Shown piece after piece: positions 35,007-45,700 of a stretch of 64,000 nucleotides of DNA (positions are counted from its first letter, which is position 1; each line of letters begins with the position of its first letter). Both the position numbers and the translations under genes were made by a program. The stretch covers positions 224-64,223 of the IMG/VR virus record IMGVR_UViG_3300042191_000068; one strand, given 5' to 3'. The DNA is from a virus. Lineage: Duplodnaviria > Caudoviricetes. The notes under the pieces are model-generated. The model did no database searches, was not told the DNA's origin, and was given only the letters and a program-made list of their open reading frames with translations.

Positions 35007-36460
35007 TGGCTGCCAAGACGACGCAGGTCGAGCTTAAAGGGGACAGGGTTCAGGCCCGGTCTCTTGCCGAGGCCCATGTGCCGAGGCTGATGCACGACTT
35101 CAGGAAGAACCAGTCTTTTCAGGATTTAAAAATCTACTCTGAGACGAAGAAATTCTTTGACAAGACCGGCGCCTATGTAGGCACGGTCTACATGCAGTCC
35201 GTCAACGGAGCTGAGAATATTGTCGTTTCCTGCGACGCCGGCAAGCCTGAGGTTCCGAAAGAGGAAACACCGAAAATCCCTGTGCCTACGCCTCTTACGA
35301 GAATAGTCCCCTGTATAAGAAGCACGGACGACCAGTACTGGGTCGCCTGCCTCAGCGGAACATTCGAAGGTCCGTACCGGCTTTTCAAGAACCTTGTCGG
35401 TGTCACATATACAGATTTTCTGCCGGCAAACGAAGCCAATATCGACGGGCAGTTCTTGTCGACTGATGGAGATTACTATCTTTTTTACATTGCTCAGTCG
35501 GGGAATCAACCGCCTTTTGGATCAAAAATAACAACATCTTCAAACACTACAGACTATAATGTTTGGGAAATAGATAAATGGGTTGTTATCTGCCCAGACG
35601 GAACCGGCCATCTTGCACAACTGTTCGGAGCAACTTCATCAGATATAACTGATACAACGATGACGGTAATGGGAGAAGATATAGGTCTACCCAAAGGGGT
35701 TGATAGAAAAACATGGGACATGACAAACGAAGATTCTCGTTGTGGTGTGTCAAGACTCCCCCCTGAGTATGATGAAGCTACAGAGGGCGAGGTTTTGGCG
35801 AAGTGTGATAACCCTACATACACGTATCTTCCATTAAAGTGGTGGATCACTGATCTTAATCCGTTCTCAATAGGAGTGGCTACCATGGACAGAATGTATA
35901 CCTATTACGGTTGGGGGGCTAGGTATGAAGACATGTCACTAGAATTCGATAACAAAAATAATCATGCAGTACAGTTCGCAGAGACACAGAGAGATGCTCA
36001 TAAGACAAGCATACAGCCTATAACAAACGATGATTGCTCATATACGTATCATCCATCGACTGTGACTGAGTCATCAATAATTAGAATAGCTAATAAGTTA
36101 AAGGTGGATGAAGACATATACACTTTATCAGAGGTGTATTCTTCTGATGACGAACCAACATATTACACTCAATCAATAAAATATTACAATACTAACAATA
36201 TAGCAGCAAAGACAGCATTGCTTGGTTCGGCAGTATACACGGATGAGTATGTAGCGGACAGCGACACATACATTTATCATGAAAGATATGAATATTATTA
36301 TGTCGGGCCGAACTCACAGGACGAACTTGCAAAGACCGAATTTGTCGCAGACTACAGTAAAGGGACTCACACTATCCCTGACATCGTCGTCGATGGTGTT
36401 CCTCTTGAGTTCGACGGGATGGTGTTTCTCGGGCGGCTCGATTACGTAATGCAGTTGTAA
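35006..36460 (+). CDS. Hypothetical tail/receptor-binding protein (484 aa)
   Basis: Long ORF; Y/T/D-rich, AT-richer C-terminal two thirds. Confidence 0.7.
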   Translation: MAAKTTQVELKGDRVQARSLAEAHVPRLMHDFRKNQSFQDLKIYSETKKFFDKTGAYVGTVYMQSVNGAENIVVSCDAGKPEVPKEETPKIPVPTPLTRIVPCIRSTDDQYWVACLSGTFEGPYRLFKNLVGVTYTDFLPANEANIDGQFLSTDGDYYLFYIAQSGNQPPFGSKITTSSNTTDYNVWEIDKWVVICPDGTGHLAQLFGATSSDITDTTMTVMGEDIGLPKGVDRKTWDMTNEDSRCGVSRLPPEYDEATEGEVLAKCDNPTYTYLPLKWWITDLNPFSIGVATMDRMYTYYGWGARYEDMSLEFDNKNNHAVQFAETQRDAHKTSIQPITNDDCSYTYHPSTVTESSIIRIANKLKVDEDIYTLSEVYSSDDEPTYYTQSIKYYNTNNIAAKTALLGSAVYTDEYVADSDTYIYHERYEYYYVGPNSQDELAKTEFVADYSKGTHTIPDIVVDGVPLEFDGMVFLGRLDYVMQL

Positions 36461-36509
36461 TCCATAATAACATGAGGTATACTCATGTTACACATATAAG
36501 GAGGCCGAG

Positions 36510-38474
36510 ATGGCGACTTTTCAAATAACACCTGTTGCGCATGTTGCCGCAGACCTTGTAACTGCGAGGTTCGGAATGTCGGAAGACCTCGTGAATCGGT
36601 ATGACTCAGAGTCGGTCGCAGCACTTGACGCTCTCGCTGTAGGCGACTTCTCCGTCCCGATGGGGAATCTCGACCTCGCACTTGAGACTCTCGCTCCGCC
36701 CAATATCGGCGAAGCTCCGTCCCCGGACGCTGTCGCTCCTTATGTTGCGCAAGCGCAACCCGTCGCCCTAAACGATATCGCTGCTCTACGAGCACTACTC
36801 GGCCTCGTTGACATCACTGTCGATCAGGTAGACCTGCCAAGTCTGGAAGTAATCTCCCCGGCAATTTCATTGCCTGACGCCCCGGACGACGCACTGCCCA
36901 CAGTGCCGACTGACGTACCTGCGATCTCCGATCCAAGTATCCCAGTGTCTCCGACCCTCGACATGCCGGCAGTTCCGGTCCTCGACGAGACAGTCCTCCC
37001 GTCTCCCCCGGAGATTGCGTTCGCCCAATTCGAAGGAGAACTCCCGACGGCAGACCTGACGCCTCCCGAGCCGATGTTCGTCTACGACGAAGCGACCTAT
37101 CAGTCCGATCTGGCTGACGCCATCAAGACGAAGTTGTATAACGATGTTACGATCGGCACCGCCGTTTACACGGAGGAAGTCTGGACTGCGATCTGGGAGC
37201 GAGCACTGTCGGACCTGGACGTTGAGCTTGTCAAGGCGTATAATCAGGTCCTCAATAACTGGGAGCAGTGGAACTACGAGATGCCCGACGGCGTTCTCTC
37301 TTCTGCACTGCAGGAAGCCCTCGCCGAAGATACAAGGGCAAGGCTGAATCTTGACCGAGATATTACGTTCAAGCGGGCTGAGTTGCAACAGCAACAGACC
37401 CAGTTCGCCATCACCTCCGGGATGGCCTTCGAAAAGCAGGTCATGGGCTTCACCAACCAGGTAGCGCAACGAGCCTTCGAGGTTGCACGGTACAGAGTAC
37501 AAGCTGTTATTGATGCCTTCACCTTAAAGGTCAATGCGTTCAACGCAAGGATGGAGGGCTACAAAGTCCTTGCCCAAGTCTTCGAGTCCCGTATCCGGGC
37601 CGAACTCGCCAAAGTCGAGCTTTACAAAGCGCAGATGGAAGGGGCGAAGATTCATGGAGAGCTTCAGCTTCAGAAGGTGCAGATTTACTCTGCCCGCGTC
37701 GACGCATTGAAAGTTCTGATTGAGCTTTACAAAGCTCAGATGGACGGTGCCCGCCTCCAGACTGAGATCGACCGAGCAAGGATCGACGCATTCAAAGCGA
37801 AGATCGACGCAGTCGTTGCGCAGATCTCTGGCGTTACCGCCAAGTTCAACCTGTACCAAGCCCGCATCGCCGGGGAGACTGCCAAGGTCGACCTATACGG
37901 TAAGCAGGTTACTGCCTATGCTACGCAGGTCCAAGCAACGAAAGTTGTTGCAGACATCAACCTCGCGCAGATGCAAGCCCTCGTCGAAGGGAATAAGGAC
38001 AAAGTCGCTGTACTTACTTCCGCCCTCGATAAGTATAAAGCGGACACCCAGTATGAACTGGGCAAAGATGAAACCGGGGCTAAAGTCTATACCGCCCAAA
38101 TGGCAGGCTACGACGCCGAGGTTCGTCGTGAGGGCGAGTACCTGAGAGCGAAAGTCGACAACTTTAAGGCGCAGGTCAGCGAAGTAGTCGGCAGAGCCGA
38201 ACTGATAGTCAAAGAGATGGACGCGAACCTGCGGGCGGCGACGGCAGCGAAAGAGATCCAGATGGAAGCCCTCAAGGCCGTAGCAGGACTTTACACGCAG
38301 AAGGTCGCATCGGCGCTTACCAGCGTCTCGGCGAACGCCCAGATCGGGTTCAACGAAGGCTTGTCGCAGAGCTACTCCGCACAGGAGAGCAACAGCTTCT
38401 CCATCATCGACAGCCACTCTACGACCGACACGACCAGCGACAGTACCGTCGAGCAGACAATTATCCAAGGGTAG
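36510..38474 (+). CDS. Probable ejection (internal virion) protein (654 aa)
   Basis: Pro-rich linker followed by long A/K/Y heptad-like helices. Confidence 0.7.
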   Translation: MATFQITPVAHVAADLVTARFGMSEDLVNRYDSESVAALDALAVGDFSVPMGNLDLALETLAPPNIGEAPSPDAVAPYVAQAQPVALNDIAALRALLGLVDITVDQVDLPSLEVISPAISLPDAPDDALPTVPTDVPAISDPSIPVSPTLDMPAVPVLDETVLPSPPEIAFAQFEGELPTADLTPPEPMFVYDEATYQSDLADAIKTKLYNDVTIGTAVYTEEVWTAIWERALSDLDVELVKAYNQVLNNWEQWNYEMPDGVLSSALQEALAEDTRARLNLDRDITFKRAELQQQQTQFAITSGMAFEKQVMGFTNQVAQRAFEVARYRVQAVIDAFTLKVNAFNARMEGYKVLAQVFESRIRAELAKVELYKAQMEGAKIHGELQLQKVQIYSARVDALKVLIELYKAQMDGARLQTEIDRARIDAFKAKIDAVVAQISGVTAKFNLYQARIAGETAKVDLYGKQVTAYATQVQATKVVADINLAQMQALVEGNKDKVAVLTSALDKYKADTQYELGKDETGAKVYTAQMAGYDAEVRREGEYLRAKVDNFKAQVSEVVGRAELIVKEMDANLRAATAAKEIQMEALKAVAGLYTQKVASALTSVSANAQIGFNEGLSQSYSAQESNSFSIIDSHSTTDTTSDSTVEQTIIQG

Positions 38475-38485
38475 GAGGTTTAGAT

Positions 38486-39718
38486 ATGGTAGATATGGCA
38501 AAAGTGAGACCCGACGAACTAGGGATCAAGCCGCAGGTGTTGAGTACGGTCAACCCTGTAGCCCAGGCAATCGAACAATCGATCGCCAAGCCGCAAGCGG
38601 AACGAGAGGCCATGATTGGAGCGAGGATGCTACGAGACCAGTCCTCGTTCCTGCGGACACCTCCGAACGCATCTGGAGTAGCCAGCCCGAACGTTTTCTC
38701 TGGACCCGTTCCAGGGAGCACAACTGCACAAGGAATCGTGCCGAGAATGCAAGCAAGTACTGCTCCGCCGGTTGCCGTCGCCCCTGAGCGCTTCGCGCCC
38801 GAGGCTCCGATGACTTACGTCCCACCAGAGCCGGCGTACACTACGCTCCCCAACGGCACCAGAGTCATTACCCAAGCAGGGCACGACGAGATGCAGTTGG
38901 ACCGAGCGCTCGCAGATGCAAAGGCACGGTCCGAAGGAAGGCCGGATACGCTGATGCGTAATACTGGACGAGGGATGTCGCCTCCTACGGCGACCGCCGC
39001 TCCTGCGCAAGACGCAGGCATAAGAAGGGAAGTAATTAATGGGAACGTCTCGACCTCATACGGAGGAAGCATCGCACCGAAGACGACAGTTCAGCCGGGA
39101 TATGCACCACAGTTGAAAACTCCGTTCACCAGCCCGAAAGCCTTCGCCTCGATCGTCGGATATCGTGGGGACAACCCGATATACTCCTCCGGAGCGGCTG
39201 AGATGGCAGCGGCCAACGCCGGCATAGCGGAGTACAATAAAGCTGCGGTCGACAAGTTCGGTGCTGAGAACACACTGTATTCTACAGTGACTGGCGGCGT
39301 TCCTCTTCAGCAAGCGCAGGCTGCGCTTGCTGGGACCTCGGCGGCTGAGATGCCGGGAGAGAATAAATCCCAACAAGGATTCAGGTCGGCGCAGAGTAAA
39401 GAGGCGTTGGCGAACGCCAGCCTCCTTTCAGCGAAAGCTGCAGTAGCAGGGGAGCCGGAACTGCCTAAGCCGCATTACGGCGAGATGGAGTCCGTAGGTC
39501 CCGGAGGGATAACGAAAACGCCGTATGTCGGCGTGCTCGACCGGGAAGGTAACTACCAAGTGAAGACTCCGCAAGGGGCACAAGGCTCCTTCGCCGCAGT
39601 GGCCGCATCTTTGACCCCAGAGCAGAAGAGCATAGCAGCCAAGCATATGAAGAAAGGCCAAACCCAAGAAGAACAAACAAGCATATTCGCTAAGGTTAAG
39701 AACGGGGAGCTGAAGTAA
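38486..39718 (+). CDS. Probable ejection (internal virion) protein (410 aa)
   Basis: A/G/P/Q-rich; precedes the giant protein. Confidence 0.65.
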   Translation: MVDMAKVRPDELGIKPQVLSTVNPVAQAIEQSIAKPQAEREAMIGARMLRDQSSFLRTPPNASGVASPNVFSGPVPGSTTAQGIVPRMQASTAPPVAVAPERFAPEAPMTYVPPEPAYTTLPNGTRVITQAGHDEMQLDRALADAKARSEGRPDTLMRNTGRGMSPPTATAAPAQDAGIRREVINGNVSTSYGGSIAPKTTVQPGYAPQLKTPFTSPKAFASIVGYRGDNPIYSSGAAEMAAANAGIAEYNKAAVDKFGAENTLYSTVTGGVPLQQAQAALAGTSAAEMPGENKSQQGFRSAQSKEALANASLLSAKAAVAGEPELPKPHYGEMESVGPGGITKTPYVGVLDREGNYQVKTPQGAQGSFAAVAASLTPEQKSIAAKHMKKGQTQEEQTSIFAKVKNGELK

Positions 39719-42700
39719 TGGCCGATTTCGACGACCTTCTTGCCCCCTCTGAGGGAGGCACCTTCGACACTCTGCTCGCCCCGGCAGCAGGCATCCGCCA
39801 GAAACCTCGCTCCGCTCTCGGAGAGATTGGGACCGGCCTCCGTACCGGCGTAACTGAGGGGCTTCCTCTTCAGGCCGGCCAGGCCATGCAATGGCTTGGG
39901 GAGCCGACAGGCGGAGGGTTCAGGCAGAGTGTATATGAAAAAGGGAAATCAATTGCTGACGCGGCCAAGGCACGGCAGGAGTTGCCCGAGAACAAACTTC
40001 GCCCCGGAGAACATGGGGCCGTGGTAAACTCCCTCGCCGAGGGTGGAGAGATGCTTGCTCCGTCGCTCGCGCCGCCGCTTGCGGTCGCTGCCGGGCTTGC
40101 CCTTCTTCCCGAAGCAGTTGGCGCCAGTGCTCTCGCCGGAGGCGCGGCCACCGCGCTTCGGTTTGCTCCGAAGGTAGTTCAGGCGGTAAGCAAACTCGCT
40201 CCGCTCGCAGTATCCTCCGCCGTCGGTGCTGTACCTGCAGCGATGCAGGCAGGTCAACAGACCTTGGAGTCTGTCCAAGGTGCAGGAGCTTCGGACGAAG
40301 TAGCCAGAGCTGCTGGGTGGAAGAACCTCTTTATCGAGGGAGTGGGTGAAACCGCTGGTACAGCCATAGGCGGTAAGTTCGCGGGGCTGGCCGGTAAGAC
40401 TTTAGGCAAAGCTACAAAGGCGACCATAGCTGGAACGATCAAAGCGGCGACAGATACCGCCGTCTGGAAACCGTTCGCTAAAGGTTTGGTGAATACTGCC
40501 ATCGGCGAGGTAGGTACTGAACTCGGTCAGGCGGGGCTGCAGGCAAGCGTAGAGCGAGAAGCAGGGGTCGATGTTGACCCACTTGAGCAGATGAAATCTG
40601 TCGTCGGTCCGACCCTCGGCATGACTGCGTTCCTCGCCCCGTTTGGGCTTCATGCGAACTACAGCAACGCTCGGAGCGCCAAGGCGGTAAATACCATTAT
40701 CGAAGATCCGACTTCGGCTACGCCGGAGCAACGGCAGGCCGTCGTGGAAGAGCTACACAAGCAGGCCGTAGCCAATAAGGTGCCTGACGCCGATGAGTGG
40801 TTGACTGGAGCGAAGGAAGATATCGCTGCGGGTCTCCCTATCCGGAGAGTTGCGAATGTAATTCGGGAGGAGCAAGCCGAGCCTGCCGACCCGGCGACAA
40901 ACACCGTGCAAGCGGAGACCCTCAATCAGGCTACACCTGAAGAGGTGAAGATCGACAAAGTCGAAGACGGCGTAGCGACAGTCACCGTAGGCGACCGCAC
41001 GGTTGAACTTCCTGTGAAGGAAGCGGCTGAAGCCGTAGCTTCCGGCAACCTTGAAGAAGTCCTCGCAGAGAAAGAGGCGAAGCCTGTAGTTGAAGAACTA
41101 CCGATGAGGCCGTCGGCCCCAACGTCTACGAACCTCGCTATCGGCGAGGAAGTGTGGAGTTACTTGCCTCCTGTAGGGAAAACAATTCAGGACGTTCAGG
41201 CGGAGACCGCAGAGATGTCGCCTGCTGAGAAGCGAGCGTGGTTCGAAAAGAACGAGGCGGAGTCCTACAGGAACAAGGTTGCTGAGTATGAGGTGAAACA
41301 ATCCAGAAGGATGTCGGAGGTTCCTCCCCTTGAGGAGCAAGTTGCTTCGCAGGACGAAGTCGGTTCGGAGACGAACGATATTCTTTTTGACTTGGCAGAT
41401 CAGGCCGTTGCCGCGCAGGACGAAGCGGACATCCAGAAGAGGCGTGTTGCCTTTGAGAGGCTGCAGGCCGGAGCGGAGCTTGCTTCGCAGGAGGTAAGAA
41501 ATGGTAATCTTCAACAGGATTCGGCTCAGGTGGCCGGTGCAGATACTCTCCAAACAGGAGACGGACTTTCTTCGCAGGAAGGACGAAATAGCCTTGAGGG
41601 TAGCCCTGCTCAGACAGGCAGCACAGGGGGACAGAACGCACAGCTTCTCCCGCAAGAAATAAACGACGAGTTCTCCGTTCCGGAGGAACCGGCTGGGCTT
41701 CGCCACGAGGGCGAAGGTGCGACGTTCATCTCGCCGACGCAAAGTCCGGAGGAGGTACAAGCTCGGCTTGCCGAGACTGAGGCGAAGTTTGCTCCAAAGG
41801 AGCAGGCCCTATCAGGTGGGGATTTCGAATCCCTAGATACGCTCTCCGAGACTGCAACCAAGCAGACGATCACCACAGGCGACCTGTTCGCTACGCTCGA
41901 ACAATCTCCAGATGAGAATGTGAAGAAGCTCGGCGGGTTCCTCAAGTCGTTCACTCCCGGCTCCAAACTGGAGACCGCAGTCAAGGTCGACCCGACTGCA
42001 AAGGTTGCAAACTATCTCCCCGGCAAGAACGAGTTAACGGTAAAAGATTTGAAGAATGCTCCGACCTCTCTCCACGAGCTTGTTCACTCCGTCACGGTTC
42101 GCGAATTGAAAATACGGCCCGACATGCAGAAGCGAGTCCGGGAAGTCATGGCGCTGGTCAAGGTCCAAGTTACCCAGCTTGGGCTTATCTCAAAGGACAC
42201 GATCTCGAACATCGAGATTGCCGGCGGCAGCAAGACCTTCAAGAACAAGTTCCTCGCCGGAGAGTTGTCCGGCATGGAGCAGATCGGTTACGGCCTCCTC
42301 AACGAGCAGGAGTTCCTGGCCCAGGCGTTCTCGTCCCCTCAGTTCCAGGGTGTGCTGAAGGCAACCCAGATTAAGACCGGCGGCAAGTACCGCAGCGCGT
42401 GGGACGCTCTTGTCGAGAAAGTAATGCAGGTCCTCGGGATTGAGGCGAAGCACGCCTCAGCATTTAGCGAAGCATTATCTATTGCTGCGCAGTTGGCGAG
42501 TACTGAGGTCTCGGCGCCGTTACAGGCGCAATCCGCCAAAGGCGGCATCGCTTCGCGATCAGGCCAGGGCACCTTCGTTGCACGAGTGCAACAGGACCTC
42601 AAAAAGTTCCTCGGCAAGGGGTACGACAACCTCGTGAAACGAGGGAAACTTGAAGTTGTGCGGAACGCGAATGATCTGCCTCAGCAGATGCAGCGGTCGG

Positions 42701-45700
42701 CGTTGTACGCCTGGGCCACGCCTCAGCAACAGGTATCAAGTGCTTCAACGTCAATCTCTTATCCTGACCCAGAGAGCAAGTCGCCAATCATATTCAGCGC
42801 ATTCCGTAAAGGGGAGATAACCCTCGGCCCTACTAACGCAGACATAGGCGGCGGAAGGTTCGATCAGATTACAGATTGGCTACGAAGCAAAGGCGTTACA
42901 AACATAGTATGGGATAGGTTTAACCGAACTGAGGAACACAATAAGCTGGCGGAAAGTCTACTCCGTGGAGGACAGGCCGATACCGCCACAGTGAGCAATG
43001 TCCTAAATGTTATCCCAGAACGCAGCGGGAGGATAGAAACTATCTCCACTGCTTATGATGCTGTTAAGCCTGGCGGAGAAGTATTCTTTTCCATGTACAC
43101 CGCACCAAAAGCCGGAGAGGTGAAGGGTCGCGACGCATACCAAACAGGGATGAAGCCTGCCGAGTATAAAGCGGAGATTGAGGAAGTATTTGGCGCAGGC
43201 TCAGTACGGAAGCAAGGTAATCTCCTCGTAGCAGTGAAATCGGAGAATGTCGCGCAGACGCTCTACGCAAAGTCTGGGAAAATAGCCGGTTCGTATTTCC
43301 CCAGCCAGAAAAAAGTTTTTCTCTTTTCCGACAACCTCAAGCCCGGCGACGCAGTCGACGTAATGCGGCACGAAGCCGGCCACGCCCTTCTGAACGAGGA
43401 CAAGCTGTTCCGTGCCAAGCGGACTGCGATCCTGAAGGACTTCGCCTATCTTGCGAAGACCAATCCGAAGATCAGGGAGGCGTTCGCCAAAGTCCCTACA
43501 GACACCGCGAAGGGCTTCCGAGGCGAAGAAGCCCTCATGTATTGGCTGCAGGAGCCTGCCAATAGGAAACATTCCATCTTCAAGCGAATTATCTCCGCCG
43601 TCAAGGCCGCGCTCTACCGACTGGGCGTCGGCTATGGCCGATTGTCTGAGTCCGATCTCGTCGCCCTATTTTCGCAGGGGACGAAGGCTTGGTCCCGAAG
43701 GGAGCAGGACCAGGACTTGACTAAGGGGAGAACCCTCGGAGAGGTTCTCGGCGAGTTCGCGCAGGACGCGAAACTCTCAGTCAAAGAGGCAGGGAGGAAG
43801 ATACAGGGGCTGGACGCCTTTAAGAAGTGGTTTGGAGACAGTAAGGTCGTCGATGAGAACGGAGAGCCTTTGGTTGTTTATCACGGGACGAACGCAAGCG
43901 ACTTCTCAACGTTCGACACCAAAACTCCGGAAGCAAGCTGGTTCTCCGCAGATCCATCGTATGCAAGCGAGTACGCTGACGGCGAGGAAGATGCTCGATT
44001 ATATCCGGTGTACCTCAGGTTGACCAATCCGTTCGACTTCGGGTTCAGAGACACTCTTACCAGAGTTACCATTGCAGACATGGCGTCGCGCGTAAAGCAA
44101 GGCGTTTTAGATTCGTTTGCTGCAGGTAGAATAGGCAAGGACGAGGCGAGGAAATTAGTAGCTGACTTAGACGACGTCAGCAGGAGGAAGGTGCATGTCG
44201 GAGTATACTCCCCCGTATATCAGTGGTGGCAGGGCGAGTTCGCACTGACAGATGCCCTCAGAGCCGCAGGATATGATGGTATAGTAGCACGCGAAGGGGG
44301 TAAGTCGCAGTACCCAACTTTTGCCGTCTTCGAACCAACCCAAATAAAATCAATCTTCAACCGAGGCACCTGGAGTCAGACTGACCCAGATATACTTTTT
44401 TCAAAAGTATCCGACAAAATGAAAGAAGGCCAAGCGAAGATCGACCAAATCTTAGACGCAGTGCAGAATCCGAAGAGCAGGCTCCGCGATATCTACGTCA
44501 AGTACGCCCCGCAGTGGCTCGCAGTAACGCCGAGGTCGCATCTGGCGCAGACGCTTGGAAAGCGTATTCACTGGTTGGCAGACATCGACACGCACAACAA
44601 GAAGATGGAGGCAATTAAAGCACAGCTTCCAGATGATTTCTATGCCATCTACCAAGATGCGGAGAGTGTAGCGAAAAAGAACTCGGGGCTGAAAGCGTTC
44701 AACAATCTCCTCCTCACTGGGACGTTCAACCAGATGACCCCTTGGCTCGATCTCGAGGAGCAGGACTGGTACGGCAAGAGTCTCGTAGAGACTGAGAAGG
44801 CTTGGAAAAAAGAGGGCATGGCGAAGACGACCGGCAAGTCGTTCGCCGAAGCGTACCAAGAAGTGCGAACTGCGTGGAACGGGCTGAAGCCTGCAGAGCA
44901 GGAGCAAGTGAAGAAGATCGTCGGCTACCTGGCGTCGCTCAGAGAGCGCGAAAGAAACAATCTCCTTGCCGTACTCGAAGCTTCGTCCGAAGGAAACCCG
45001 ACGCTCCGCGAACAACTGATGACTCAGTTCAACGCGACGTTCAGCAAACTGAGAGGTATTTACGTACCTCTCTCTCGGTACGGCGACTACATCCTGAAGT
45101 TCACGACGAAGGACGGCAGGGAGCAGACTGAGTTCTTTATGTCCCCCGGCGAACGCCGCGTCTTCCGTAAGCAGATGGAAGCCCAAGGCGTAGACCCCGA
45201 CACCTTCGTCGAAGATGTGAAGAGGGAAACGCAGAAGGGCGAAGCCGTCATTCCCCAGGCTCTGCGTGAGCAGCTTGGCAAAGCCCTTGAGGCGAAGTAC
45301 CTGACTGGAGTCGATCTGGAAGATGCGGGCGCCGTGAGCGAAGCTCAAGCGAGGGCAGCCGATGCTTTCTCCGACCTGAATCAGGTCATCCTCCGCTGGA
45401 TGCCGGAGACCTCTGCGCTCAAAAACTCTATTCATCGGAAGAACGTTCTCGGCGCCAGCACTGACATGCTCCGCAGCTCGATGGACTACGTTCTGAGACA
45501 CGCAGGCTCCATCGCGTGGATGGAGTACGGTAGGAAGATCGAGGCGGACATTCAAGGCTTCGAAGAAGAGACGAAGGGGAGGGTGAAGGAGAGGAAGGGG
45601 TCCATCAATACGGACATGAGAACTCATCTCGTCAACGACGCCAGAAGGTGGTTCCAAGCGGTGAAGAACGAGCGGGTCAGTCCGATCGCTTCGACTCTTG

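Noticed and set aside
33636-36460. Diversity-generating retroelement target in tail genes
   Set aside because: No reverse transcriptase in this near-complete genome and no TR/VR pair differing at adenines was seen.
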